This document shows, piece after piece, positions 37,841-45,216 of a DNA stretch of 64,000 bases. Numbering within the stretch: the stretch's first letter is position 1; each line of letters begins with the position of its first letter. The position numbers were made by a program, and so were the translations under genes. The notes beneath the pieces are model-generated. The model was not told the origin of the DNA, made no database searches, and was given only the letters and a program-made list of their open reading frames with translations. Source of the stretch: an uncultured Flammeovirgaceae bacterium (GTDB lineage Bacteria > Bacteroidota > Bacteroidia > Cytophagales > Cyclobacteriaceae); contig CAKZYA010000066.1 in assembly GCA_937883755.1 (NCBI GenBank), positions 12,897 through 76,896 on the forward strand, in the 5' to 3' direction.

Positions 37841-37917
37841 TAAATCCCCCTATCCCCCTTTACTAAGGGGGAGATATAAAGTCCCCCTTTTTTAAATGGG
37901 GGGAGGGGGGATTTATA
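37841..37917. repeat. C5/G5 hairpin element, double copy (family shared with 41298..41340)
   Basis: TAAATCCCCCTATCCCCCTTTACTAAGGGGGAGATATAAAGTCCCCCTTTTTTAAATGGGGGGAGGGGGGATTTATA. Contains hairpins CCCCCTT-TACT-AAGGGGG and CCCCC-loop-GGGGG. The outer arms TAAATCCCCC...GGGGGATTTA are roughly inverted. Confidence 0.8.
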
Positions 37918-38028
37918 CGTCATTGCATATCCGTGAATAGTCCTTTTCCGATCATCTAAGCATTTAAGTCTACACATATTCTGCAGCAAGGGTTGTTGAT
38001 AAATTTCTTCCATAGGTTTCAGCTTTAA

Positions 38029-38661
38029 TTATTCCTCTAAAGCAATAACCCTAGCCGGAGAGCCATCACCACCTTGTATTTTTAGAGGTAGGGCGATTAG
38101 TTGTACTTTCTCCTGCTGGATCTTATCCAGATTGGTTAGCCCTTCAATAATCACGACGTTGCCACCTAGCAGAACTCGGTGAATGTGAGTTACTTCAGGT
38201 AGGTTATTGACATCGGCTACCGACGGGGCTTCTACGCCGAGCATCTTTATTTTCTTCGCAACGCACCATTCGGCGAGTTCTTCACTAATCCGAGGTAGAC
38301 CATCTCGGTATCTCGGTTGACGCAAATACTGACTCCATCCGGTGCGGAAAAGCAAACTGTCGCCTGTTTCTACTTTTTCGGTAATCTCACCCAAATCCTC
38401 TATCTCAATTAAATACTGATCAGGAAGATTAGGCAGATGTACTACCCAGGCTGGACCCATGCAGTCGGTTAGCGGAATTTGGTCAATGCTTTGGTCGGTT
38501 ACGCCGAAGTGCAGGGGGGCATCCATGTGGGTGCCTACATGAGAGTAAAGATGCAAAGTGCGAGCATTCCAGCCATCTCGTTCCAGCGTCTTGGCAATCT
38601 CAATGGTGACTCCCGGCATGTCGGAGTCATAGGGTAGGGTTAGGTCAATGGGGGTTTTCAT
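38029..38661 (-). CDS. Cyclase-family protein (kynurenine formamidase-like metal hydrolase)
   Basis: ATG at 38661 gives MKTPIDLTLPY. Hallmark SHVGTHMDAPLHF. The upstream 22 codons of the track ORF overlap the neighbouring gene's end and are unlikely to be coding. Confidence 0.85.
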   Translation of the reverse strand: MKTPIDLTLPYDSDMPGVTIEIAKTLERDGWNARTLHLYSHVGTHMDAPLHFGVTDQSIDQIPLTDCMGPAWVVHLPNLPDQYLIEIEDLGEITEKVETGDSLLFRTGWSQYLRQPRYRDGLPRISEELAEWCVAKKIKMLGVEAPSVADVNNLPEVTHIHRVLLGGNVVIIEGLTNLDKIQQEKVQLIALPLKIQGGDGSPARVIALEE

Positions 38662-38686
38662 ACAGATTTCTTTACTACTATAGCTG

Positions 38687-39334
38687 TTAGATTTTAATAT
38701 GGAAACTATGATCGATAAGTTGAGCACCTAAAACTCGTTCCCAATATTCCGTTGTTAGAATGTTTGTTTGAAGAAATTTTTGAGTATTGATTGGATCATC
38801 TGATTCCCAAGCTGACGCAAACGAATGTAATTTTTCCGTTACCTTCTCTTCTAAAGTACTTGAATCTTTATCTCCGAATACAGAATATAAACCTAGTTTG
38901 TAACTGGCTTGATAGTCAAGCTTAAAAGATTTAATCTTAAAGTCTCGGATCTCTATTGTATGAATTTTAGTGTTAGCAGAAATCGCACTTTCAATGTCTT
39001 TTCCAGCTAAATCAATTGTTGAGAGCCTCTGAAATGTAATTTCCTTGTTTCCTAAATTATTAGCTAGAGCGTTCACGACTTTCTTTGGGTCTCCACTTGC
39101 AAAATAGTGAGTTTCAATTTGCTCAAGCGTAATTGGTAAATCGTTCTTCTGAGCAATTGAAAGAGCTTGAAGTATTGGTTTTCTAGCCGTTCTTCGCAGA
39201 TAGAGTTTCCAAGCGTCTCCCAGAGTTATTTTAGCCGAGTTCATTGACGCTTTAGCCTTAATTATTAACAGGGGAATTAGGATTAAAAGTCCGAAAAATG
39301 AAGCTAATAAAATTATAAGTATTAGAAAATCCAT
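38687..39334 (-). CDS. FloA (UPF0365)-like membrane protein with the SPFH-like core only, lacking the flotillin coiled-coil tail
   Basis: ATG at 39334 gives MDFLILIILLASFFGLLILIPLLII, a TM anchor. LRRTARKPILQALSIAQKNDLPITLEQIETHYFASGDPKKVVNALANN...ITFQRLSTIDLAGKDIESAI parallels, from memory, B. subtilis FloA/YqfA (MRLRRV...AHKAGL...[21 protein letters not shown]...LTFERCAAIDLAGRDVLEAV). The gene is markedly AT-rich relative to its neighbours. Confidence 0.55.
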   Translation of the reverse strand: MDFLILIILLASFFGLLILIPLLIIKAKASMNSAKITLGDAWKLYLRRTARKPILQALSIAQKNDLPITLEQIETHYFASGDPKKVVNALANNLGNKEITFQRLSTIDLAGKDIESAISANTKIHTIEIRDFKIKSFKLDYQASYKLGLYSVFGDKDSSTLEEKVTEKLHSFASAWESDDPINTQKFLQTNILTTEYWERVLGAQLIDHSFHIKI

Positions 39335-39351
39335 TATGTACGACCTATAGT

Positions 39352-39408
39352 GTAGGAACATGACGATTCGCCGGGGCGGCTCTGCCGTGCGATTAGTCAT
39401 GTTCCTAC
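39352..39408. repeat. REP-like palindromic element, short copy (family shared with 50517..50613)
   Basis: GTAGGAACATGAC-GATTCGCCGGGGCGGCTCTGCCGTGCGATTA-GTCATGTTCCTAC with perfect 13-bp terminal inverted repeats. It shares GTAGGAAC.TGA, ATTCGCCGGGG and GCCGTGCGATTA with the long copy. It sits just 3' of the tartrate-dehydrogenase-like gene. Confidence 0.85.
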
Positions 39409-39421
39409 GGAAATTAAATTC

Positions 39422-40474
39422 CTACAAATTTTCAATTACACTATCGGCGATCTCGGTGGTTTCAGCGTTACCGCCTAAATCTACGGTGACAATTCCGTTT
39501 TGGGTGGTGGCTTCAATACCTTTCAAAATGTCCTGTGCGGCTTCGGTTTCGCCTAAATGTCCTAACATCAAAGCACCTGACCAGATTGAGCCTACCGGGT
39601 TGGCAATGCCTTGTCCGGCAATATCGGGAGCTGAGCCGTGAATGGGTTCAAACATAGAAGGAAACTCTTTTTCGGGATTGATATTGCCACTGGGTCCAAG
39701 GCCGAGGCTACCCATAATGGCACCACCCAAGTCACTTAGAATATCGCCAATCATATTGGTAGTGACGATTACATCGAACACTTCGGGTTTGAGTACGAAA
39801 CTGGCCGAGGCATTGTCCACATACATTTTATGGTAGGTCACATCGGGGTACTGTACAGACACCTCCTCAATCACCCGATCCCAGTACGCCAGACTGTTGA
39901 TTAAGGTATTGGACTTGGTAACGTTAGTAACTTTCTTCCGGCGTTTTTGCGCTAGCTTAAACGAATAGTGAGCAATCCGCTCAATACCCGCGCGGGTGAA
40001 CACACTAGTGTCAGTCGCTAATCCGTAGGGCTGATCGGGGTGGATGATTTTTCCGTTTTGCACAAACTCGCCCTCGTTATTTTCCCGAATTACTACAAAA
40101 TCAATGTCTTTATGCGATTTATAGCGCAATGGACTGTCAATACCAGGAAGCAGTTTCACTGGACGGTAATTCACGTACTGCTGGAAGGCGGTACGAACCC
40201 GGAAGGTATATAGCATGGCGGGTAGGGTGTCGTCTACCTCAGGATCACCAACGGCACCGAAGTATACGGCATCAAACTGCTTGAGAGTATCTAAACCATC
40301 ATTAGGCATAAACTGGCCGTGCTGTTTGTAGTAACCCGCTCCGAAAGGAAATTCTTGGGTTTCTAGTGTGAATTGATGCTTTTCGGCGGCAGCTTGCAAA
40401 ACTTTTAGTCCGGCGGGAACAATCTCGTGTCCGATTCCGTCGCCGGGAACCACTGCAATTTTGTAATTCTTCAT
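39422..40474 (-). CDS. Tartrate dehydrogenase/decarboxylase or D-malate dehydrogenase family (isocitrate/isopropylmalate dehydrogenase superfamily)
   Basis: 350 aa. MKNYKIAVVPGDGIGHEIVPAGLKVL..., NLFGDILSD-type motif (NMIGDILSDLGGAIMGSLGLGPSGNINPE), and HGSAPDIAGQGIANP. Confidence 0.8.
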   Translation of the reverse strand: MKNYKIAVVPGDGIGHEIVPAGLKVLQAAAEKHQFTLETQEFPFGAGYYKQHGQFMPNDGLDTLKQFDAVYFGAVGDPEVDDTLPAMLYTFRVRTAFQQYVNYRPVKLLPGIDSPLRYKSHKDIDFVVIRENNEGEFVQNGKIIHPDQPYGLATDTSVFTRAGIERIAHYSFKLAQKRRKKVTNVTKSNTLINSLAYWDRVIEEVSVQYPDVTYHKMYVDNASASFVLKPEVFDVIVTTNMIGDILSDLGGAIMGSLGLGPSGNINPEKEFPSMFEPIHGSAPDIAGQGIANPVGSIWSGALMLGHLGETEAAQDILKGIEATTQNGIVTVDLGGNAETTEIADSVIENL

Positions 40475-40492
40475 GAAATGTACTTGCTTATT

Positions 40493-41248
40493 TTATTTAT
40501 TGTAAATCTTTGCTTCGAGGCCAGTACCTTCGGGAGCTTGGTACGCCAGTGTCATGGCCCATTTATCAAACTCAAAGCCATCTTCTCGCATAGAAAATGA
40601 AATGGTATGCCGACCGGGTTCCTCAATCATTAAGTAGATCAGCTCTGGTACTCCTGTATGTATCTCTTCAGTACGCTGCCGACTTTCCCACGACCATTCT
40701 TGCTTATTGCCATCAAATTGCATGCGTTGGCCGGTTTCTGGCCATTCGCCGTCTAGTCCCACATGAATTCCGTTGTCTTCAGTGCCTGAGGTATGGGTGC
40801 GTACCCACACGTAGTACTTGCCAGGAGTGTTGAAATACACATTATAATTGAGAATGCCAGCTTTGCCCGGTTCGGGAAAAAAGTTTTCCCCTTTGGTTAG
40901 CACGTCGTCGTGTGTAGTTCGGGTATCAGGTAAAGCTTCCAAGTAAACCCCACCGCTGGCAGTAGCTGCGTTATTTTCGTCAGGATCAGGGGTTGGTAAA
41001 GAAGTAGTACTTTCTTCTATAGTATACCACTTCCGCACGAGCGTATCGGTTTGGTTAGTAAAGTGTTCTGCTTCTACGGCTACTACACCATTAGTTTCTT
41101 CAAATACTAATGCATCTTCTACTTCAGGTTCTGATATTTCTGGTTGAGTATTTTCGGAAGCTGGTTGGCAGGCACTGCTTAGTGCCACGCCCATCCAGAT
41201 GGCAGCGCGGAAAAGGGTAGTTCGCTTGACGAATAAGTGATAGGACAT
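40493..41248 (-). CDS. Lipoprotein with a carbohydrate-binding-module-like beta-sandwich, unknown specificity
   Basis: ATG at 41248 gives MSYHLFVKRTTLFRAAIWMGVALSSAC, a lipobox. The core is VAVEAEHFTNQ...GGVYLEALPD...YYVWVRTH...GIHVGLDGEWP...HTISFSMREDGFEFDKWAM. Upstream track residues (FPLWKRGLGGFNLL) are the translation of the repeat at 41298..41340. Confidence 0.55.
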   Translation of the reverse strand: MSYHLFVKRTTLFRAAIWMGVALSSACQPASENTQPEISEPEVEDALVFEETNGVVAVEAEHFTNQTDTLVRKWYTIEESTTSLPTPDPDENNAATASGGVYLEALPDTRTTHDDVLTKGENFFPEPGKAGILNYNVYFNTPGKYYVWVRTHTSGTEDNGIHVGLDGEWPETGQRMQFDGNKQEWSWESRQRTEEIHTGVPELIYLMIEEPGRHTISFSMREDGFEFDKWAMTLAYQAPEGTGLEAKIYNK

Positions 41249-41297
41249 GATTGGTATGATAATAATTGGTTTGGTTACGCTAGGTCGTTTTAACAGA

Positions 41298-41340
41298 TTA
41301 AATCCCCCTAACCCCCTTTTCCAAAGGGGGAAAATATATT
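41298..41340. repeat. C5/G5 hairpin element, single copy
   Basis: TTAAATCCCCCTAACCCCCTTTTCCAAAGGGGGAAAATATATTTTA. The hairpin is CCCCCTTT-TCC-AAAGGGGG. The first roughly 40 nt align with 37841..37880. Confidence 0.8.
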
Positions 41341-41438
41341 TTATTTTTGCTTTGTTGTCTACAGTCGTGTCAATTATCATTTAGGTTTGTATTTTGTTCG
41401 GGTGTATCCACCGAGCGTCGGTCGCCATGGATGCAGTG

Positions 41439-41954
41439 CTATACGCCCTTCATCCAGTCTTCGCGACTCATCTTATACACCATACATTCACTATCCTCAA
41501 AGGTTCTTCGCTCCACGAATTGGAACCCGATGCGCTCGTAGAAGCGAATAGCTCCGTGATTGGTCTCTAATGGGTCAATGAGAATCGCTGTGACTTTTTC
41601 ATTTTCAAAGCAGCGTTCTAGTGCTAGGTTCATCATAATGGTTCCGTAGCCTTTGCTCAGATCTTCGGCTTCGCCAATCCAGATATCAATGGCTCGTAGT
41701 TTCGCCTCCACATCGCCCCAATAGTGCGACTCTTCTTCGGCCGGATTAATAATTTGTATACAGCCAATAGGTCTGCTGTCTAGCTCGGCAATTAACTGTT
41801 CCCGCCACTCGGGAAAGCGTTGCAGCTCGTACTCCCAATTCCAGTCCTCATCACCGTCTGATGCCTTGACATGGGGTTGTTCATCCCAATGTCGCAATAA
41901 TGCTAAATCGTTGATAGTAGCCGTACGCAACGTAATCTGCATCTGCTTAGCCAA
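41439..41954 (-). CDS. GNAT N-acetyltransferase, AAC(6')-Ib-like (Acetyltransf_8-type) fold
   Basis: 171 aa. ITLRTATINDLALLRHWDEQPHV..., IDIWIGEAEDLSKGYGTIMM..., VTAILIDPLETNHGAIRFYERIGFQF parallels, from memory, the AAC(6')-Ib layout. Substrate unknown. Confidence 0.8.
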   Translation of the reverse strand: MAKQMQITLRTATINDLALLRHWDEQPHVKASDGDEDWNWEYELQRFPEWREQLIAELDSRPIGCIQIINPAEEESHYWGDVEAKLRAIDIWIGEAEDLSKGYGTIMMNLALERCFENEKVTAILIDPLETNHGAIRFYERIGFQFVERRTFEDSECMVYKMSREDWMKGV

Positions 41955-41967
41955 GTAATTAAGCTAA

Positions 41968-43809
41968 CTATCCATTCTGACTACGTATCAACACCACCCA
42001 ATCCTCATCACCGCCGGATGGTGCATTTCCTACCGAGACAGTACTCCCACCGCTGATTTCGTCGACACTACCACTTTGCAAATCACCTCCGTTCTCGGGG
42101 TCAAACCACTGTACAGAATAATTTCCTTCTTCCAGGCTAAGATTGGTAGTAGTGGCGTCGTGTAGATAGATAGCGTAAACCTCACCGGGTTTAGCAAAAC
42201 AGTACGCTCCTTCCGTATCTACCAAATCGTCAGCCGTTTCCATTTCCCAGAACGGTAAGTTATCGTGGAAGAAAGAGACAGCGTAGCGGGTTTGATCCCA
42301 TATATTATTACGGGTACGCCAGGTTTCCAATCCTAAGTCGCTATCGCCGTAGAGGTAGCCAAAGTACCACTCAGCTCCGCCGCCGCCCGCCATCAGGTTA
42401 CCCCATAGCACCTCATAGCGAATAGTATCGTGCTCAGGGTCAATATCATCGGGGAATACGCCATGATAATAGGGCCCAATTTCATCCAGGTTGACTACCC
42501 ACTGTTTTCCTGCTTCAGCAGAAAGGTCTATCCAACGCTTGGTTTCATCGTGTACCTTTGCAGGTCTACCAATTTGCAAGGAAGGGCCGTCCAAGTCTTC
42601 ATAACCTAATAATGGCTCTAGAATCTCATCGCGTTCTTTCTGGGCAGCGTGAGTGTGCAGTGCTACAAAATTTTGATAAGGATCAGTCTCTTTGAAATAG
42701 CTAATCATAGCCCGGCGCTGATCGTCATTCTGAGATTCTGGTGAAAATTCAGCGTAACCGTTTTCTTCTCCCATGTTCCAGGCTACCCCCAGATGATGAG
42801 CGAAACGGGCAATAAGTTCACGATAGTAAAGTTTTCGTTGCGTACCTAGATCACCGTTATCTAACAGTAGCTCATTTTCAGTTTCTTGGGTAAAGAAGTG
42901 TAATAAGATACCTAAGCTATCAGCGTGAGTGAATACCATTTCCCACTGATCTAGTTTACTACAATCAAAGCGATAGCGTTCTTCGTAGCCAGTGTAAGGC
43001 CAGACATCTTCTCCGTCGCCTTTGATATTCATGGTTAGAAAATAGAGGGAGTTCACTCCCTTTCCAGCCAGATAATTAAGCCCGCCAATGATACCTTTTC
43101 CTTTGCCTCCCTGCCAACTGGGGTCGTCCTCGTTCCAATCGCGTATATGATCTTCGTACACATGAAGTTCCTTGTCGACCGGAGCTTCCCCGTCTTTGTG
43201 CCCTTCTTGTCCTCCGAACTCAGTACCGTCAAAATCTACGTAGCCCAGCAGGTTCTCCGGGCTGCCGGCACCACCTTTTAGGTAGTATCCATCGGTGCCT
43301 GCAAACTGCAGATAGCGTTCCCCCACGTACTGCAACTTACCTTTCGCCCGAAAATCACGCCCTTGTTTGTCCGAGGCTACTACCTGAAACGAGCCTTGCT
43401 CACCATCAAAAGCCACTGGCTCACCGGCATTAGTGTCAGTACTTACTGCAATACTATCGCCCTTTCGGAAAGATATATCGTACGTCCATTCCCCTTCAGT
43501 GTTAGGCGCAAAGCGAACCTGCCAAACGTTTCCGCTAGAGGCACTGCTTTCAGCAGCGTTTCCATCGGCAGCGTAAAAGCCGGGTACTTCAAAGGTTTGG
43601 TTACCATTACGAAAAGTAGCGACTAAGCGGTAGTTTAGAAAAGGGTTGTCTTCGGCATCTTCACTGGTCTCAGGACCTTCGAATGATAAAGTTATTTTAT
43701 GCCATTGTTGATACGATGGAGTAGACACCGACTCCGATTCTTGCGCTGGTTGGCAGGCAGTGATCCAGCTGATTAGCAACAATAGATTCAAAAATGAATA
43801 GTTACGCAT
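41968..43809 (-). CDS. DUF5060-domain protein with a glycoside-hydrolase-like (TIM barrel) core, probable lipoprotein
   Basis: 613 aa. Leader LLLISWITAC. N-terminal DUF5060-like beta-sandwich (WHKITLSFEGPETSE...NPFLNYRLVATFRNGNQTFEVPGFYAADGN...VWQVRFAPNTEGEWTYDISF), followed by a GH-like core. Confidence 0.7.
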   Translation of the reverse strand: MRNYSFLNLLLLISWITACQPAQESESVSTPSYQQWHKITLSFEGPETSEDAEDNPFLNYRLVATFRNGNQTFEVPGFYAADGNAAESSASSGNVWQVRFAPNTEGEWTYDISFRKGDSIAVSTDTNAGEPVAFDGEQGSFQVVASDKQGRDFRAKGKLQYVGERYLQFAGTDGYYLKGGAGSPENLLGYVDFDGTEFGGQEGHKDGEAPVDKELHVYEDHIRDWNEDDPSWQGGKGKGIIGGLNYLAGKGVNSLYFLTMNIKGDGEDVWPYTGYEERYRFDCSKLDQWEMVFTHADSLGILLHFFTQETENELLLDNGDLGTQRKLYYRELIARFAHHLGVAWNMGEENGYAEFSPESQNDDQRRAMISYFKETDPYQNFVALHTHAAQKERDEILEPLLGYEDLDGPSLQIGRPAKVHDETKRWIDLSAEAGKQWVVNLDEIGPYYHGVFPDDIDPEHDTIRYEVLWGNLMAGGGGAEWYFGYLYGDSDLGLETWRTRNNIWDQTRYAVSFFHDNLPFWEMETADDLVDTEGAYCFAKPGEVYAIYLHDATTTNLSLEEGNYSVQWFDPENGGDLQSGSVDEISGGSTVSVGNAPSGGDEDWVVLIRSQNG

Positions 43810-43958
43810 AGGTTGTAGTAGGATTTTCTTAGAAAAGTTTAATTATCAACGTCTGAGAGTGCAAGCGAAAGTTATTTTTGTTTTAAAGCTCAGCAATGAA
43901 GTTATGATCTTTTCTTAAAGGAACAATCCGAATTAATCACATTATCAGTAATCCGTTT

Positions 43959-43976
43959 TGTGCAAAGGTTTGCACA
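43959..43976. promoter_or_regulatory. LacI-family-type palindromic operator in the divergent region between the DUF5060 gene and lacI
   Basis: TGTGCAAA-GG-TTTGCACA has perfect 8-bp arms. The core TGCAAA..TTTGCA resembles the generic LacI/GalR operator half-sites. Confidence 0.6.
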
Positions 43977-44162
43977 CTGCTAATGGTAAATATCACAGGC
44001 TAATTTTTTTGATGTCAGTCGTAAAGGATTGCTTCTACTCCAGAAAGTCGCAACTTGAAAATAAACCTTATCTACGAGGCATCATAGAGAAATGTTATTA
44101 GAAAAGTGCAAGATTAGAGGGCGCTAGACAGTGTAATTATTTTTCTATTTTAGTCTTCAAAT

Positions 44163-45170
44163 ATGAAGCCCATCACACTAAAAGAAATCGCAGACCAACT
44201 GAATATTTCCATTTCTACGGTTTCCCGCGCACTAAGCGACCACCCGCGCATTTCGCGTACTACCAAGCAGGCCGTACAAGCATTAGCCAAAGAACTGAAC
44301 TTTCAGCCCAATCCGCTGGCAATGAACCTGCGAATGCAGCGCACCCAGACTATCGGAGTGATTGTCCCTAAAATCAGCTATGCTTTTTATGCTTCGGCGA
44401 TCACGGGCATTGAAGCGATTGCTATTCGGGAAGGATACAATATTGTCATCTGCCAGTCTAATGAATCGTATGAGCAAGAAGTGGCTAACATTAAATCGTT
44501 ACTATTGAGTCGGGTAGATGGTGTTATTGTCTCCCTAGCAGGTGAAACCAAACAGTACGATCACTTTCAGGAAGTACTGAACCGGGGTGTTCCTTTGGTT
44601 TTCTTCAACCGAGTGTGTCCCGAGCTACCGGTATCCCAAGTGGTTATCGATAACTTTTCGGCGGCAGCCCAGGCAGTGTCTTCCTTAATTCAGCACGGAT
44701 ACCAACGTATCGGATTATTAGCGGGCCCTTCCACTATTGAAATTAGCAACGAACGCTTAAGGGGTTACCAACAGATGTTAGCACAGCACCAACTACCGTT
44801 TGACCCTAGCTTGGTAGCCCACTGCGACTACAGTGAATCTGATGGCTACGACCAAACGGTTCACCTCCTTCAATTACCTAACCCACCCAATGCTATTTTT
44901 GCCGTGAGCGACCGACTCGCCATTGCTGCTCTACAAGCCTTACGCGATCGTGATATACGAATTCCTGAAGACATAGCGCTAGTCGGGTTTAACAATGATC
45001 CGGTAACTGCCGTGGTGAGTCCGCCTTTAACTACCATTGATCAAAATCCCGAGCAAATGGGTGAAACGGCAGCTCATTTGCTGTTTCAGCAGTTGTGTGA
45101 TTCTAAAACTGATATTGAACAGGTGGTACTAAAAACTCAGCTATTGGAACGAAATTCCGTAAAAAAATAG
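44163..45170 (+). CDS. LacI-family transcriptional regulator
   Basis: 335 aa. N-terminal HTH ITLKEIADQLNISISTVSRALSDHPRISRTTKQAV and a periplasmic-binding-protein-like effector domain. Confidence 0.9.
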   Translation: MKPITLKEIADQLNISISTVSRALSDHPRISRTTKQAVQALAKELNFQPNPLAMNLRMQRTQTIGVIVPKISYAFYASAITGIEAIAIREGYNIVICQSNESYEQEVANIKSLLLSRVDGVIVSLAGETKQYDHFQEVLNRGVPLVFFNRVCPELPVSQVVIDNFSAAAQAVSSLIQHGYQRIGLLAGPSTIEISNERLRGYQQMLAQHQLPFDPSLVAHCDYSESDGYDQTVHLLQLPNPPNAIFAVSDRLAIAALQALRDRDIRIPEDIALVGFNNDPVTAVVSPPLTTIDQNPEQMGETAAHLLFQQLCDSKTDIEQVVLKTQLLERNSVKK

Positions 45171-45216
45171 TAGTTTGCGCTTCCCAATATTTTTGAACCA
45201 CTTTACCTAATCTCTT

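Noticed and set aside
36655-38013. Long N-terminal extensions in several track ORFs: 36655..38013, 40493..41380, 38029..38727, 38687..39400, 57842..58438, 21593..22642, 61424..62074 and 60874..61338.
   Set aside because: The extensions translate repeat elements, a terminator hairpin or the neighbouring gene's end. Many also begin at non-ATG codons. Internal starts give proper signal peptides or conserved N-termini, so I trimmed the CDS calls.
39360-39641. 93-aa plus-strand ORF starting MTIRRGGSAVRLVMFLRK.
   Set aside because: It starts inside the REP-like palindrome and then runs antisense to the well-supported tartrate-dehydrogenase-family gene, so it is an artefact.
37841-41340. Possibility that the C5/G5 repeats represent a CRISPR array or a riboswitch.
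   Set aside because: There are only two loci, 3.4 kb apart. There are no regular spacers, no cas genes, and no match to riboswitch cores that I recognise.
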